Assembly (NCBI GenBank): GCA_001938485.1
Contig: MQRK01196038.1
Span: forward strand, 1 to 51,345
DNA length: 51,345 nt
Direction of reading: 5' to 3'
Source: Girardia tigrina
Taxonomy: Eukaryota
Below, piece after piece: positions 25,447-37,651 of this stretch; position 1 is the stretch's first letter, and each line of letters begins with the position of its first letter. Under the pieces are notes generated by a model. The model saw only the letters and a list, made by a program, of their open reading frames with translations, made no database searches and had not been told where the DNA came from. A program made the translations under genes and the position numbers.

Positions 25447-25870
25447 TGTGAGGAATATTTTGAATGTTTGATGTTTTGTGTTTGAATGTTTATGTTGATT
25501 TGCAATTGTGTCTCTCCTACCCAGATGGATGATTAATATTTTAATTATTATAATCTGAAAATATGTAATATTTAAATTTATTTTTAAATTCAAATAATGT
25601 TAAATTTTAAATAAGTTAATTAATTTTTTAAAATTTTTAATAAATAAATCAAATTAATAGTTTTAAAATAATTAATAATCATTTTAATTTCTATCATATA
25701 AGATTTGAGTAAATATTTTAATAAATTATTTATGTCTCCGTTTGCTAAAAATAATAAAAATTAATTCATTAATCAATTTAGTTTAGAATACAATCGTACG
25801 AAAGCTTTGACAAAGATTGTCTTAAGGACAATCAGAATTGTTGTGTGAATAAAAATATGAACTTATCAAA
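25447..25870 (+). mobile_element. Family B LTR-like copy, 3'-truncated
   Basis: Starts TGTGAGGAATATTTT, contains CTCCTACCCAGATGG and shares GACAAAGATTGTCTTAAGGACAATC with 17847-18385. Confidence 0.75.
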
Positions 25871-25899
25871 TAATTATTTTAATTATGTTCAAATAGTTA

Positions 25900-26044
25900 A
25901 TCCTTTAAATTTAAATAAAAATACCAATTTCCATCTGGGTGGGAGAATCACCATTCTAAATTCAACATACTTAAATCAACATCATCATAAATCAGTCATC
26001 ATCCATACATTCGCACATTCATACAATTTAAAATATTCTTCACA
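25900..26044 (-). mobile_element. Family B partial copy, tail-to-tail with the previous copy
   Basis: TTCCATCTGGGTGGGAGAATCAC ... AAAATATTCTTCACA. Confidence 0.65.
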
Positions 26045-26230
26045 AATACTAGAAATAAAATTACTTTTGTTTATTTATAAAAAATTATTCTTTTTTAAGT
26101 GAAATCATATTGAATATTATTATCATTGTTGCCATTAATGTCGTTATTAAAATACTATATATATATATATAAATATTTAAAAAATGACGATAATGAATTT
26201 TTAAAAGTCAAAAAATTTTCGTCAGAATAT

Positions 26231-26272
26231 ATTGTGATTAATTTCGACGGATCAACCGTCATCATCAGACTG
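26231..26272 (-). ncRNA. Minimal type I hammerhead ribozyme, Penelope-associated
   Basis: Minus strand GT-CTGATGA-T-GACGG-TTGAT-CCGTC-GAAA-TTAA-TC^AC: perfect 5-bp stem II, palindromic stem III, short stem I. Confidence 0.8.
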
Positions 26273-26339
26273 AATNAACAATGATATACTCGCGTTTATA
26301 TATCAAAGCAATGTTTATGTAATCATTATGTCATTTAAA

Positions 26340-26780
26340 TCATGAAAATACTTTCAATAAAGTTGAAGAGGATGGCGTTTGGACATTGATTTTAGGATCA
26401 AAAGATTTGATCAACAATGCTTCAAACATCACCCTCTCCCAATAATTATCAAATTGTGAACACAAAATCTTAAAATTACTTACATCAACTTTACTATTCA
26501 AACAATTCTTATGTTGAGCAATATTGCTAACACTTTCTCTGCGATTATGTTCCTGAATCCGTTTACAGAGATGACGACAAGATATATACATATATATACA
26601 TAAAGTAAGCTAATACAAAGACTGGAAAAGGAGAGGTCAATTTCGCATGGACATGAAGTAGAAAAAGTACGAATCTTATTAGTTACCTGTCCCAGAAAGG
26701 GTATTGAAAAGTGGTGAGACAATTCTTTGTGCCTCTGGATGAACCAATTGGTACATATAGTTAGAAAATGCGTCTTAGTA
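26340..26780 (-). pseudogene. Penelope-like element linker plus GIY-YIG endonuclease relic
   Basis: FSIPFLGQVTNKIR; RHLCKRIQEH...SNIAQH...C...NFKIL...EALLIKSFDPKINVQ. Confidence 0.9.
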
Positions 26781-27439
26781 ATTTTGTAGCTCGTAAATTT
26801 TTTGTTTTTAAAAATAAAAATGTTTAACACTTTAAAATGATTATTGATTAAATTTTATTGTTGTACTATTTCAAATATTTCATTAAAATTAGAGTTTTAA
26901 TATTATTGTTGAAAATATTTAAACATAATTATTAGTTTTTTCAAATTATACACACAATATAAAAAGTAAATTGATAAATGTATAAAATTAAAAATATAAA
27001 AAAAATTTCAAAATAAATCTTATATTAAATATCAAAATATTATATATTTTAAAATAGAATAGTTTAAAATTTTTAAACAAAATTTTTTAATTATAAAATT
27101 TAAAAAATTAAAAATCGAGAAAATTAATTTTTATACACAATCTATTTTTAATAATTAAAATTTATATATTTATGTAAGGATAAATAATTATATTTAATTC
27201 TATATTATTTTTACTATACTAAGATAACATTTAAATTATTATAATAATGGATCCAAAATATTCTGAATTAAGTTTCTTGATGATTTTTGTTTAAATAAAC
27301 AAATAACGCGCACCTTTTTAAATAAGAATAAATTTTTGAAATTTAGACTTAATAATTATTGATGGAAAATTCTTACAATTTATATTAAGAAAATATCGTT
27401 CCTCATAAATTGGTTTGAAAAAATAGTTAGTTGTTACAT

Positions 27440-27770
27440 TAATAAATATTTGTTCCAAGAACTCTATCGTTGACCACGAACCCAACAATGTGCTTGGTTT
27501 GTTTGAAGTTTATTTCACAATAAAAAATCTTATCGTGAAACTAAATTCCTTTTTCGATTCTTGTAAAACGTTATCCCGAATTATAAAAAAATTGAGACAC
27601 ACTAAAGGCCATTTCACAACTTCCAATATTTAAAACCCCTGTTTAGAAACCTTTCTTCTGGAAGGTCTTTTGAAGAACAAGAATTATTCAGCCTATAAAA
27701 AGTCTTGATCGATTTAGTAATGCAGAACCAAGTATCATTCCCAGGTCGTGCTTCAGGTTTCTTTAAAAGA
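27440..27770 (-). pseudogene. Possible hAT (ZMYM1-like) transposase N-terminal relic
   Basis: RFLNRGFKYWK resembles the TTF zinc-finger F...GF.NWK motif and a downstream VRGQR resembles RGH; heavily decayed. Confidence 0.35.
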
Positions 27771-28624
27771 TTTTATTACTTTTTATGTAAATATTTTACT
27801 TTTGAGATTTTAAAAACTCTTATAAGTTAAGCTGATAATAAGAAAAGGAACTATAATTATTTATAAATCTCATTTATTAAGTAATCTTTATTATATAAAT
27901 AATATAATATTATTTTTTTATTTCTACAATAATTAATATTAAGTTTTTCAAAACTACTTTTTGTTGTAACGTATAAAGTTTGTCGTTAGATCGTCGAAGA
28001 TTCTTTGCCTGTCACACCAAAAGCAAAGCGAGTCTCCTCTTTCTATTTAGAGCAACTCTTGCTTGAAATGTTACAAAAGATTTGATTAAAATTTATAATG
28101 AAACTAAAGAATAAAATGACATTTGCTAATTAATGTAATTTTAAGCCGATTGTTTTATTTTATAATGATAATTATATTTTATATTTATTTTTGAAACAAT
28201 TATCAACAAAAAAAGAAATTAATTAATGAAATTTAATGTAAAATATTTTTGGAAAATGCCGATTAATTAAAATTAAATTACGATGAAAAAGAGATGTCTA
28301 AATATTGAAAATAATAAAATAATAATAAATATACGTGGATTTATTTTATTAACGAAAAATCGTGTTTTAGATTATAAAAATGATATATGAATATTTATAA
28401 AAAATTTTGGTCAAAAGTGACTCTTAATCTTGTAAGGCAGAATAAAATTCATTATTAATTTTTATTACATATTTCCTTCTTATTTCATGTCGTAAAAAGA
28501 CTCGTTGTTTATGATCAATTATAATCGTATAATGTAAATTTCCGTTTATTTTGCCGGTTAAGTCTTGATTGTGAATATGCTTATAGATAACCAAAATATC
28601 TTTGATAAATGATCACCAACAAGA

Positions 28625-29321
28625 ATATATATAATATTTGTCTAAAAAGTGTGTGTGTGTGTCGGTCACGCTTTTCAATATGAAATTGCGAACGATCCTG
28701 ATTGAATCCATTTCAGGACGTAATAAATCTGGATAGATCACATCAATGTAATTTTATCAGTACAGCGCCTTTGTCGAAAGACACCCGGAAGCCGATGAAA
28801 TCGATGGAAAACGTACAAGTGTTAAATGGTTAAATTAACATTGATTTCGAATAATGACGATTTTGATGATTCCTACAAGATTTTCGTGAAAAATGATATG
28901 AAAATACTAATAAAATACTAATTTATTTGATAAATGACGATTTCTATAACTCATTTTTAATTATATTTCTAAAAATCAATTTACATAAATTTACAAAATT
29001 TCGTTGTCATCTGATTTACGGTTTGCCGGTCAAGCTCAAATTTTACTATGATCATATATATGCTGATAAAATGCCAAATGGTGGAGGAACTGTGAGTGAA
29101 TCCGCATAAAGTTGAGATAACACTGCATAATCCGAATCGAGACGGTTCTGTCTGTACATCCTCTTTGCCAAAAGGCACCGGGAGCCGACTTAATTGACAG
29201 ACTGTTAAATCAACACAGAATTCGAAACAATAAATAATATATTTTAATAATTACGATTTAAAAAGTAAAACAGAAACATTCAAAGTTGAAAATTCAGCTC
29301 ACCCAACGGGTATTTTTCTAG
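28625..29321 (+). mobile_element. Non-autonomous Helitron-like element (composite)
   Basis: 5' ATATTTGTCTAAAAAGTGTG..GTCGGTCAC and 3' ACCCAACGGGTATTTTT-CTAG; both ends homologous to 42900-43192. Confidence 0.65.
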
Positions 29322-29412
29322 CTATAAATAATTTTATTAACTTCAAATATAATATCCGAACAAAAATTTAAAATCAATAACACACATTAATAACAAGATA
29401 CAACATGTAAAT

Positions 29413-29838
29413 CAGTGGTTTTCAAGCAGGGTTCCTCTAGCATACTTAAAGGGGTTCAGCACTTTCTTAATTTCTAAGAACTTCTAAGAATTTCAAGGAA
29501 CAAATAAACATGTTAAATTCAATTTGAAGATCTATTTTATTGTTATTATTTATTGTTTAAATATACTAAACTTAACATAATTAGGCTGATTACATTTTGT
29601 TTGCCAATTGAAAATGAATATCTTATCTCTAGATTTAGTCTATGCAAACATTTACAATTTTGTTTCAATGTCCTCAAAAAACATGGACAATCCTCTGAAC
29701 ATAAATATTTGTATTTCATTTTAAAAAAAGAAATACTATTTTCTGCATAAGACAATTAAGTTATTGCACAGGATTTCCTCGAGCTGGAGAAATGTTTCCA
29801 TTGGGGTAACGCTCCAGCAAAACGATTGGAATCCACTG
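29413..29838. mobile_element. hAT non-autonomous element
   Basis: TIRs CAGTGGTTTTCAA / TTGGAATCCACTG; 8-bp TSD ATGTAAAT / ATATAAAT (7/8). Confidence 0.8.
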
Positions 29839-29959
29839 ATATAAATTAAGAAAATTAACATATATTAACTTATTTAATATTTAATTTGCAAATTTTAACA
29901 AGAAAAGTGTACGTCAAAAAATTACTTGTCCACAGTATGAGGTTATTTAAGATTTAATT

Positions 29960-30460
29960 AAATTAGTGTTTATTCTTGGAGGGCAAAGCATAAATTTGAA
30001 CCATTGATTCAACCAATTTTAAAGTGATATCCACCCCGATTTTGTTCCAACAATCATAAATAGTTGTTTTTAAGTCTTTTTAATTGTCAATCTCCATATG
30101 AGGCCTGAGACGTGAATGGGAGACGTATTCAAAAACGTTAATGTTTTTTATTTTATAATTACATCTTTACATTTTGGTCCTAATGTTTGTGATCATTGTT
30201 TTGTTATAATATAAAACAAACTATATAAAAAAGTATAAAATAGTTTAATGTGCTGTTCCATACTAGTATCCATAAGCGCTATTTTTTCAAACAAAATTTC
30301 AGCCATCCAGCCCAACATTATAGAGAGTCCACCACCGTATTTGATAATTTGAATAAAAATGTTAAATAAAATTCTTTGCTTGACTTTCACATGCTTTATA
30401 AGCTGTACATGAAAATAATAAAGTTAAACTTGGACTCATCATTTCTGGGTATATTTACAA
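29960..30460 (-). pseudogene. Tc1 transposase relic
   Basis: DESKFNF, IKYGGGLSIMLGW and C-terminal CWNKIGVDITLKLVESM motifs. Confidence 0.8.
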
Positions 30461-31041
30461 AATTTTATTGGTACAAACATGTAGCAGCATTTTTAGTTGA
30501 TACTGTTACTCTCATTTATGTGTAGCCTCTTATAATTTAAGTGACTACCTAGGCCAATCAGAGCTGATAAAAATAAAAAAGTTTGTATGTCAGGAGTTTA
30601 ATGATAGCATTAACTATAGAATTTCAACCTCTACCCACAAACATACTATAATCGCAATAAATTGCATGAAGAAAAAAGCCTTTTGCATACAAACTTGCTT
30701 GTAGTTTTTCGATATTGACCGGCGTTTAACGATATCACATAAAACCAGGTAGCTATACACACACAAAATTGTAATGACATGAATGAGCAAAAATCAAACT
30801 AANGGTGTCTTATTGAGTACAGTGCGGTTCATAAGTAAGTTCGCACCCTAACAATTTCAATATATCTCAATAAAACGATGAAAAANTCTTTATTATTTTA
30901 ATTGCATTGTTTAAAATGATTAAAATTGATCATAATTAATAAACAGGCACTATTTGAGCATTCAAGTGTAGGCTCGATATTTTAGTGTTATGTTGCACTT
31001 TTTCTGATGATGCACTTTGTCCATTCTTTATATTAACTTGC

Positions 31042-31091
<50 letters not shown>

Positions 31092-33717
31092 CGAATCCAT
31101 GGAATTTAGAAAACTTTTTTGGTCAACAGAATTTTTTTATTGTTTTTTTTTGAAAATATATTTTTCAATTAAAATATTTTTGGCCAAGTAGAGTTATTTT
31201 TTTGATTTACTAGTTTATGTTGTTAATTGTTCTTTCTGATAGGTTAAAGCTTGATAGTACTTATTTCGTTTCCTTAGTCCATGAACCTACGATAATATAA
31301 GATATTTTTTAAATGAAACTTATTTTCGGAATTATATGGGGATTTGAACACTTCTTGTCCATTGATGTAAGCACTATTTTTTAGTTTTAATTAGTGAGTG
31401 TCATATAATATTGTGGTTAATTGTATATATAAGACGTATAAAAGAATAAATTCTTCTAAAAGAATGCATTAATGTTATATATGAAAGATTTTTTAACAAA
31501 TTATTTAATTCTTCAAACTAATTTTGTTGAATTACTGTTCTTATGAACCAGTTTTAAAAAGAACTCTTGTTCTACATGCAAGTCAGTTTTGATAATTTAC
31601 AGGGAAGTCTCATTTTTATTGAAACCTTTTAAAGGTTTTTTTCAAACCTTCCCTAGTCGAAATTCCGTGTTGGACTAAATCTCCCGTTTGAAATAAAGCC
31701 CTCCTAAATCTCAAATCGGTTTATCCCTTTCCATAGAGATGTTTAGGCTGTTTAATACATCATTAATATCCCTTTTCGAATGCACCTAGAAGCATTATTT
31801 TATATCGAAAATGCTTAATTCCAAAGAATAAAAAAGATTGTTTATATATTTATTTATATTTGAAATCTTTATTCCCTACCACAGATTTTCTATTTTTACT
31901 CTTAAAAATAGACTGTTCAGATCACAATAAGTTCTTTGTGAATTGTCAAGGTATATTTCATATAAATATCATAGATTTAATAAAAAATATATAAAAAAAT
32001 ATATAAATAAATTATTCTAATTAAATTTCTTCAAGATTTTCATACAGTTTTTAATTCGAAAAAAACATGTCTGAAAACAATCGCATTATTATAAATGCAT
32101 ATTATAAAATAAATGAAAAAAATAATTAATTATTATTATTGTATAAGAAGAAAATATTTTTAATAATAAATGTTAAAAAAATAATATAAAAAATCAATTT
32201 GAAATATCGTTATTTATATTTTTTACAAACGTTAGTAACAAAAAATTCTTTTCTAAAGTAAAATATAACATTATTACATTTAAGTAATATATAAATAAAA
32301 TTGAGAGATTTCGTTTTGAAGTTTACCGTTTTCCTTTATTTAGTTAAAGAGAGTCTCTTGTAGCTACACAAAAATGTTATACGGCCCCAAATGTCTCTTC
32401 TGACAGCATTTCCATTCTTGTATATGTACATAGACATAAATATATTTCTTTAATCCTCAAATTGCTGTAGCTGGCGGCTGCGTATCCGCGCGATACTCTT
32501 TGATTAAGGAAACGTTTTCGCCGCAAATAACAAATTCATGGGAGTAAAAGGATTAATGGAGTTCAAAATAAATGATTTTACTCGATTTTCGGTCTTGTTA
32601 AACTAAAAACAAAAACGATTTTCTTTTCCTTTTCAAACAGCAAATAGAATATTATTAAAATTAATAATTTCTTTCTATTTTAATAAGACATTTATTAGAA
32701 CAGGAAAAATAGTATTAGATGATGATTTTTTTATAATATTTTTAAGAAAAGCTTTTTTTGTTATTAAAATAGATGAAAATTTTTAAAATTTTTTTTTAAG
32801 TACAATTTTAAGTACAATATTTTAAAATTAGTTGGTTTAACCTTCGATCTACAAACTTTCGTATGTCCAGCAATATTACTACCGTTACCCAATCTTCCAA
32901 CAGTTTACAGAGATTAATACATAAATAAAATTACTACATAAAAGTAGTAGGAGATTTATGGCTGAAAATACTTTGAATTTTGTAAGATTTAGAATCTAAA
33001 TTAATTCTAAATTGAATCTAAATTTGACATTAGTTTTTAAATTTCTTATTAAGAATTAAAAATATTAAAATAAAAATTGCTTACTTAATATTTTATTTAT
33101 AAGTAAATATTTTTGAAATGAAAAAAAATATTAATAATCAGATAAAAAATGATAATTTAATCTTTTTTAATTATTTTTTCAAAAAAATATTTAAATTAAT
33201 CAGGTTAATTTTAAATTTTTTTACTATTTTATAATTAATTTTTTGGAAAATATTTGAGAAAAAAATTATTGATAAAGAAAGTTATTTAGTTAAAAATCTG
33301 TAATAAATATAACAAAATATAAAAATACAAAAATTATAAAAATAAGTAATAAAATGAATTTTTGGTAATTAATAATTTGTTTTTAAAAAATATTTTAGAA
33401 AATTAAAAAAAACTATTATTATTAATTATTATATATAGAAAAATATCATAATTTATTATTAATTTTGCCATTAGTTTTACAATGACATTAAATTTTTTTA
33501 AAAAAGAATATTTCAATAAATCTTTTACAAATCCCTCAATTTATTCAGCAGATATGCTCCAAAAAATTGTGTAAAATGAAACCACTTTATACGAAAAAAG
33601 GAACCGATATTAAAAGAGGATTTGTTCTCAGATTATTTGGAAGGTGAAGTTATAATTATAGCATAAATATATAACTATTTTTTAATTATAAATGCAATAA
33701 TCGCTACAACTTGAAAT

Positions 33718-34110
33718 ATTTGGTTGTCCGTAAAGTTCGTGCCGATTGTCTAAATCTGGCACTAACATGTGTCAAAATATGTCAAAGGTATAGAAAATAT
33801 TTGAATGGTTTATATATGATGAAATGTGATATCATGGCGCATCTTTATTAAAAAAATTGTTTTTATAAGTTTATGTAGAATGAAACAAGTAATCTTCTTG
33901 AAACTTGATATTTTTTTTCTTCAAGAAATTATACTCAAGCAAAAAACAAGATATGTGCCGTTTATGGAGAATATGCTTTAGCTGACAAAACAGTTAACAA
34001 GTGGTTTTCTAAGTTCCGAGCAGGTGATTTCTAGCCCGAAAACCTAGAGCACAATGGTAAACTCTCCAACTTTGGTAGTGGCACGCTCAAAGCCTTATCA
34101 GACATCACTT
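33718..34110 (+). pseudogene. Mariner N-terminal HTH relic with left TIR
   Basis: TTGGTTGTCCGTAAAGTTCGTGCCG TIR-like; KICAVYGEYALADKTVNKWFSKFRAGDF. Confidence 0.85.
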
Positions 34111-34629
34111 TTATTGGTGATAAAGAGAGCCTGGAGCGGAAATTAATCGGTTTGACCGAACATTTGCCAGTTTTAAGGAAGATATATAAATTAATTAAAT
34201 AATATAAATATTAAAAATTAAAATAATTAATTAAATAAAGTTAATTTAAATAAAGTAAAATAAAATTAACAACTTATATAATTTAAATAAATAATTAAAA
34301 TAAAACTAGGTGAAAAATTAAAAATTGAATAACTAATTAACTTAACGAGTAAAATAAATAAATTAAATGATTTGGAAATTTTAATTTAAAATTTGGCAAT
34401 CGTGTGTTTGGTGTTGGATTTTTAAATTTGATGAATAAAAATCACCAGAGATTCAAAATGTTTGTTTAAATGAAATAAATAAATAATTCTTGTATACGTT
34501 ATCATGGCACAATTTCAAAAAAAGTTTGTTCAGTTTTTAAATAAAAATAAAATTTGTTAAAAACGATCTCGATTTCTTTTTGATTGTAAATAACTCAAAT
34601 AAATCGTGTTTTTCTATAATATTAAAAGA

Positions 34630-34890
34630 AATACGTAAAACTGTTTTCATCGAACAAGCACAGTCATGCTTAATTACTCGCGAAAAATTGCAAATCGACC
34701 GACGATTTACTTAATTTATTAAAAGAACGAAATCTAAAAAAACTCGTCTCAGAAATCGAATTAGTAAATTTCCATCAATTTACATCGACGGATAACGCGG
34801 CGTGAAGTTGTACGGACATCGCCAAAGGAATCGTGTCAGACGATTTACGCGAATTTTTAGTCAACAATTTAAGCAAAAAAAGTTTAATAT
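34630..34890 (+). pseudogene. NOP56/NOP58-like N-terminal (NOP5NT) pseudogene fragment
   Basis: VFIEQA...IELVNFHQFTSTDNAA*SCTDIAKGIVSDDLREFLVNNLSKK resembles the NOP56 L..F.PF.S...A......EG.V.EDLR.LL...L..K pattern; TGA at 34803-34805, upstream frameshift, truncated. Confidence 0.65.
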
Positions 34891-36194
34891 GGAGACAGGG
34901 TTTCCATCCAAAAGACAATTATTCTTTTTTTAATTGTATAACCAAATTTTTAATTGTAAACCAAACATGTGAGGAGCGACAGTGTGAATACACAAAGTAT
35001 TACAATTTAAAGTTTAACTTATTCATTTTTGTCATCCTAATATTTAAAGATTGAATTTTCAGGCAAATATGGAAGAATCTGCATTTATATTAGATAATAT
35101 TTATTTATGCTATTTTCTAAAGGTTTCTTTAATAATAATAATTATTATTATTTAACTAGAAAAAAATCCGTCATATATGACGAGAGAACTGAACTTTTGT
35201 CTTTGAAAGTAATTAAGTGATATAAATCGTCATTTATCCAATAATTTAGTATTTTATAAGTATATTCATAAAATGTTTCACGAAATTCCTTGTAGGAAGC
35301 ATTTCGAGGAAGATTTCGTTGCATTTTGTGAAGTTGCAATTTGTGAATCTTTACTGTATATATATAATATTATTTATTATTTATATTCTATAAAAGTAAT
35401 ATAATATATCACAAATTAAAAGTAAAATTTCATTTTTCTATAGTTTCATAATAAAATGAAAATATTTTTTAATGTATTTATCGAATTTATTTATTGTAAA
35501 ATCAAAAAATATAATTCCAAATATTATCATAATGATAAAGGTTAATATGTAAGATGTGAGGGCAATAATGATTCTGTTGGAGGAAGAATGTGGAGAGGAC
35601 TCTTTGGACTCTTTGATATTATCCGATGATTTTATTATTATATCTCTAATTATTAATTATTTCCATGTTTTATTTTAGTAGTCTCATTAAAGGAACATCA
35701 TTCCATATTTTTATAATTACGTAGGTGCCTTCACCATCAAATATTGGATCATAAATAGGAATATTATTGATATAATTATTATGCTTTATAAAATAATTTA
35801 AAAATCATGTTGTTTTTAATTAATAAATCTAAATTTTTTTAAATATAATTTTTAATAATTGAAGACGCAAATTTGGCAGTGGAGGTAAAAAATTTGTACT
35901 TTCAGAACGGTTAATTGGTATCCTTGTGGGAACTCCTTATTAGTTGTGTTAGATGTTCTTCGAACATCCTCAGAATTGTTATGAAAAGTTGATTCCAACA
36001 ACATTTCTAAATATTATTATATTACAATGTTTAAAAAAAGGATGAAAAATAATATTCAAACAAACTTATTTTTCTTAAGAAACAATTTGTTTTATAAATC
36101 TTAAACCAGTATAATTAAAATATTTATAAAATTAATATTTGATTTTATTTTCATTTTATAAATTTCACCTTTAACATTTTAAATAACGCTAACG

Positions 36195-36268
36195 TACGTG
36201 GTGCGGATAAAATATCCTTAAACTCTTATAGAAACAAAAATAATTAATTTATGAAATTTTTAGAATTG

Positions 36269-36321
<53 letters not shown>

Positions 36322-37210
36322 TAAAAATTACCAAGTTTGTTTAATTGTTTTAATGCTAAATAGTGTTATATTTTACAATCTTTCAAAAAATCTACGAGCA
36401 AGTGGAATTTTGCTGCGTTATTCGCTTTTTACTTTTGAGGAATACTGAAAAGAAGAATATAGTGCGTCACCATCAGGAAAGATATGTAATTGAATTACTA
36501 TACAATATAATTGAATTATGTACAATGGCACTATTAACAACTTGATAAGAGATAATTCTTATGGCAGGAGCAATTTCTTGACAAAGAAAGAATTAAGCGC
36601 TTTCAAAAAATTCCGGATGAAAAATTGGAAATTGTATCGATTATTGTAAAAGAAGAGAGATGAATAACGCAGAGAGAGCTGTCAAACTTACTTAATATGA
36701 GCAAGAAGACTGTGCAGATTATGCTGGGATATTTTGTAGTTAGAAAATTGTGAAGTCAATTTGTCCCACGCTTCCTGACATCCAAGATGCGAGAAAAACG
36801 AATACAAGCATGTCAAGACAACATTGGTCTGTTTGATGCTCATGAACGAATTGAATTAAAGAATATTATAACGGAGTGTTAGACTCCATTGAATTTGTAT
36901 ATTTATATGCAGTAAGTGGGAGTTTCGTGAAAGAGTATTTCGAGAGGAAAAACACCAAAAATGCTCCGTTCGGAGACATCTCATTAAAAATGCCACATGC
37001 TTACTGTGTTTTGAGATGCACAAAAGGGTGATCAAACTCAACTTTATATCGGGAATTCTCGATTTCGATTTCTACTGCGCTCTGCATCATGATCTGAAAC
37101 AATCGCAAATTAAACCAAGGAACCAAATACCGTATCTCTAGCACGACAACGCATATGTCCACACAGCTCACAAACAGTGGACGCAATCGCTAAAAAAGCG
37201 GTACTTGACG
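36195..37210 (+). mobile_element. Decayed mariner element interrupted by a (TA)n tract
   Basis: CVIRFLLL, RKL*SQFVPRFLT, NIITE and HDNAYVHT motifs; TACGTGGTGCGGATAAAA TIR-like start. Confidence 0.8.
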
Positions 37211-37324
37211 TTTGAACGCGGAGAATTTAAAAATAAAATGAATAGTATGAAACTCGTTGTGATCTCTCATTGTGGCCGAGTCAGAATATAAATGATTAAT
37301 ACAATCTACAGGGTGACGCAAAAT

Positions 37325-37651
37325 GTTTTTGTTTATTAAAATATCAATTACCAATTGCCTTTTCATTAAGGATTGTACATTTGACTAAAAAATAAATTTG
37401 TCTTAGGGACAGCTGGATATGACCACATTTATGCTTTTAGATCCAAAGCTCAACTTGAGTAGGTTTAGTCCATTATTTGGAGACTGATGGTCACGCTGTG
37501 TGCCCTTCGAATAATAATCTAATTATGGTTTTGGTCATAATGGTTCGTTTTTACATCTCGGTATCCTCTACAATCATAATTTCATCAAAAATTACCATGA
37601 TTCAGAAAAGGAAACTTGATATTTTCAATACATCAGAGATAATTATTTGTA
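37325..37651. repeat. 327-bp inverted duplicate of the right flank (39201-39527) of the adjacent transposon
   Basis: No mismatch seen on reading; the ORF track shows identical 60-aa ORFs at 37477-37659(+) and 39193-39375(-). Preceded by TA and a 16-nt TIR tip at 37309-37324. Confidence 0.95.
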
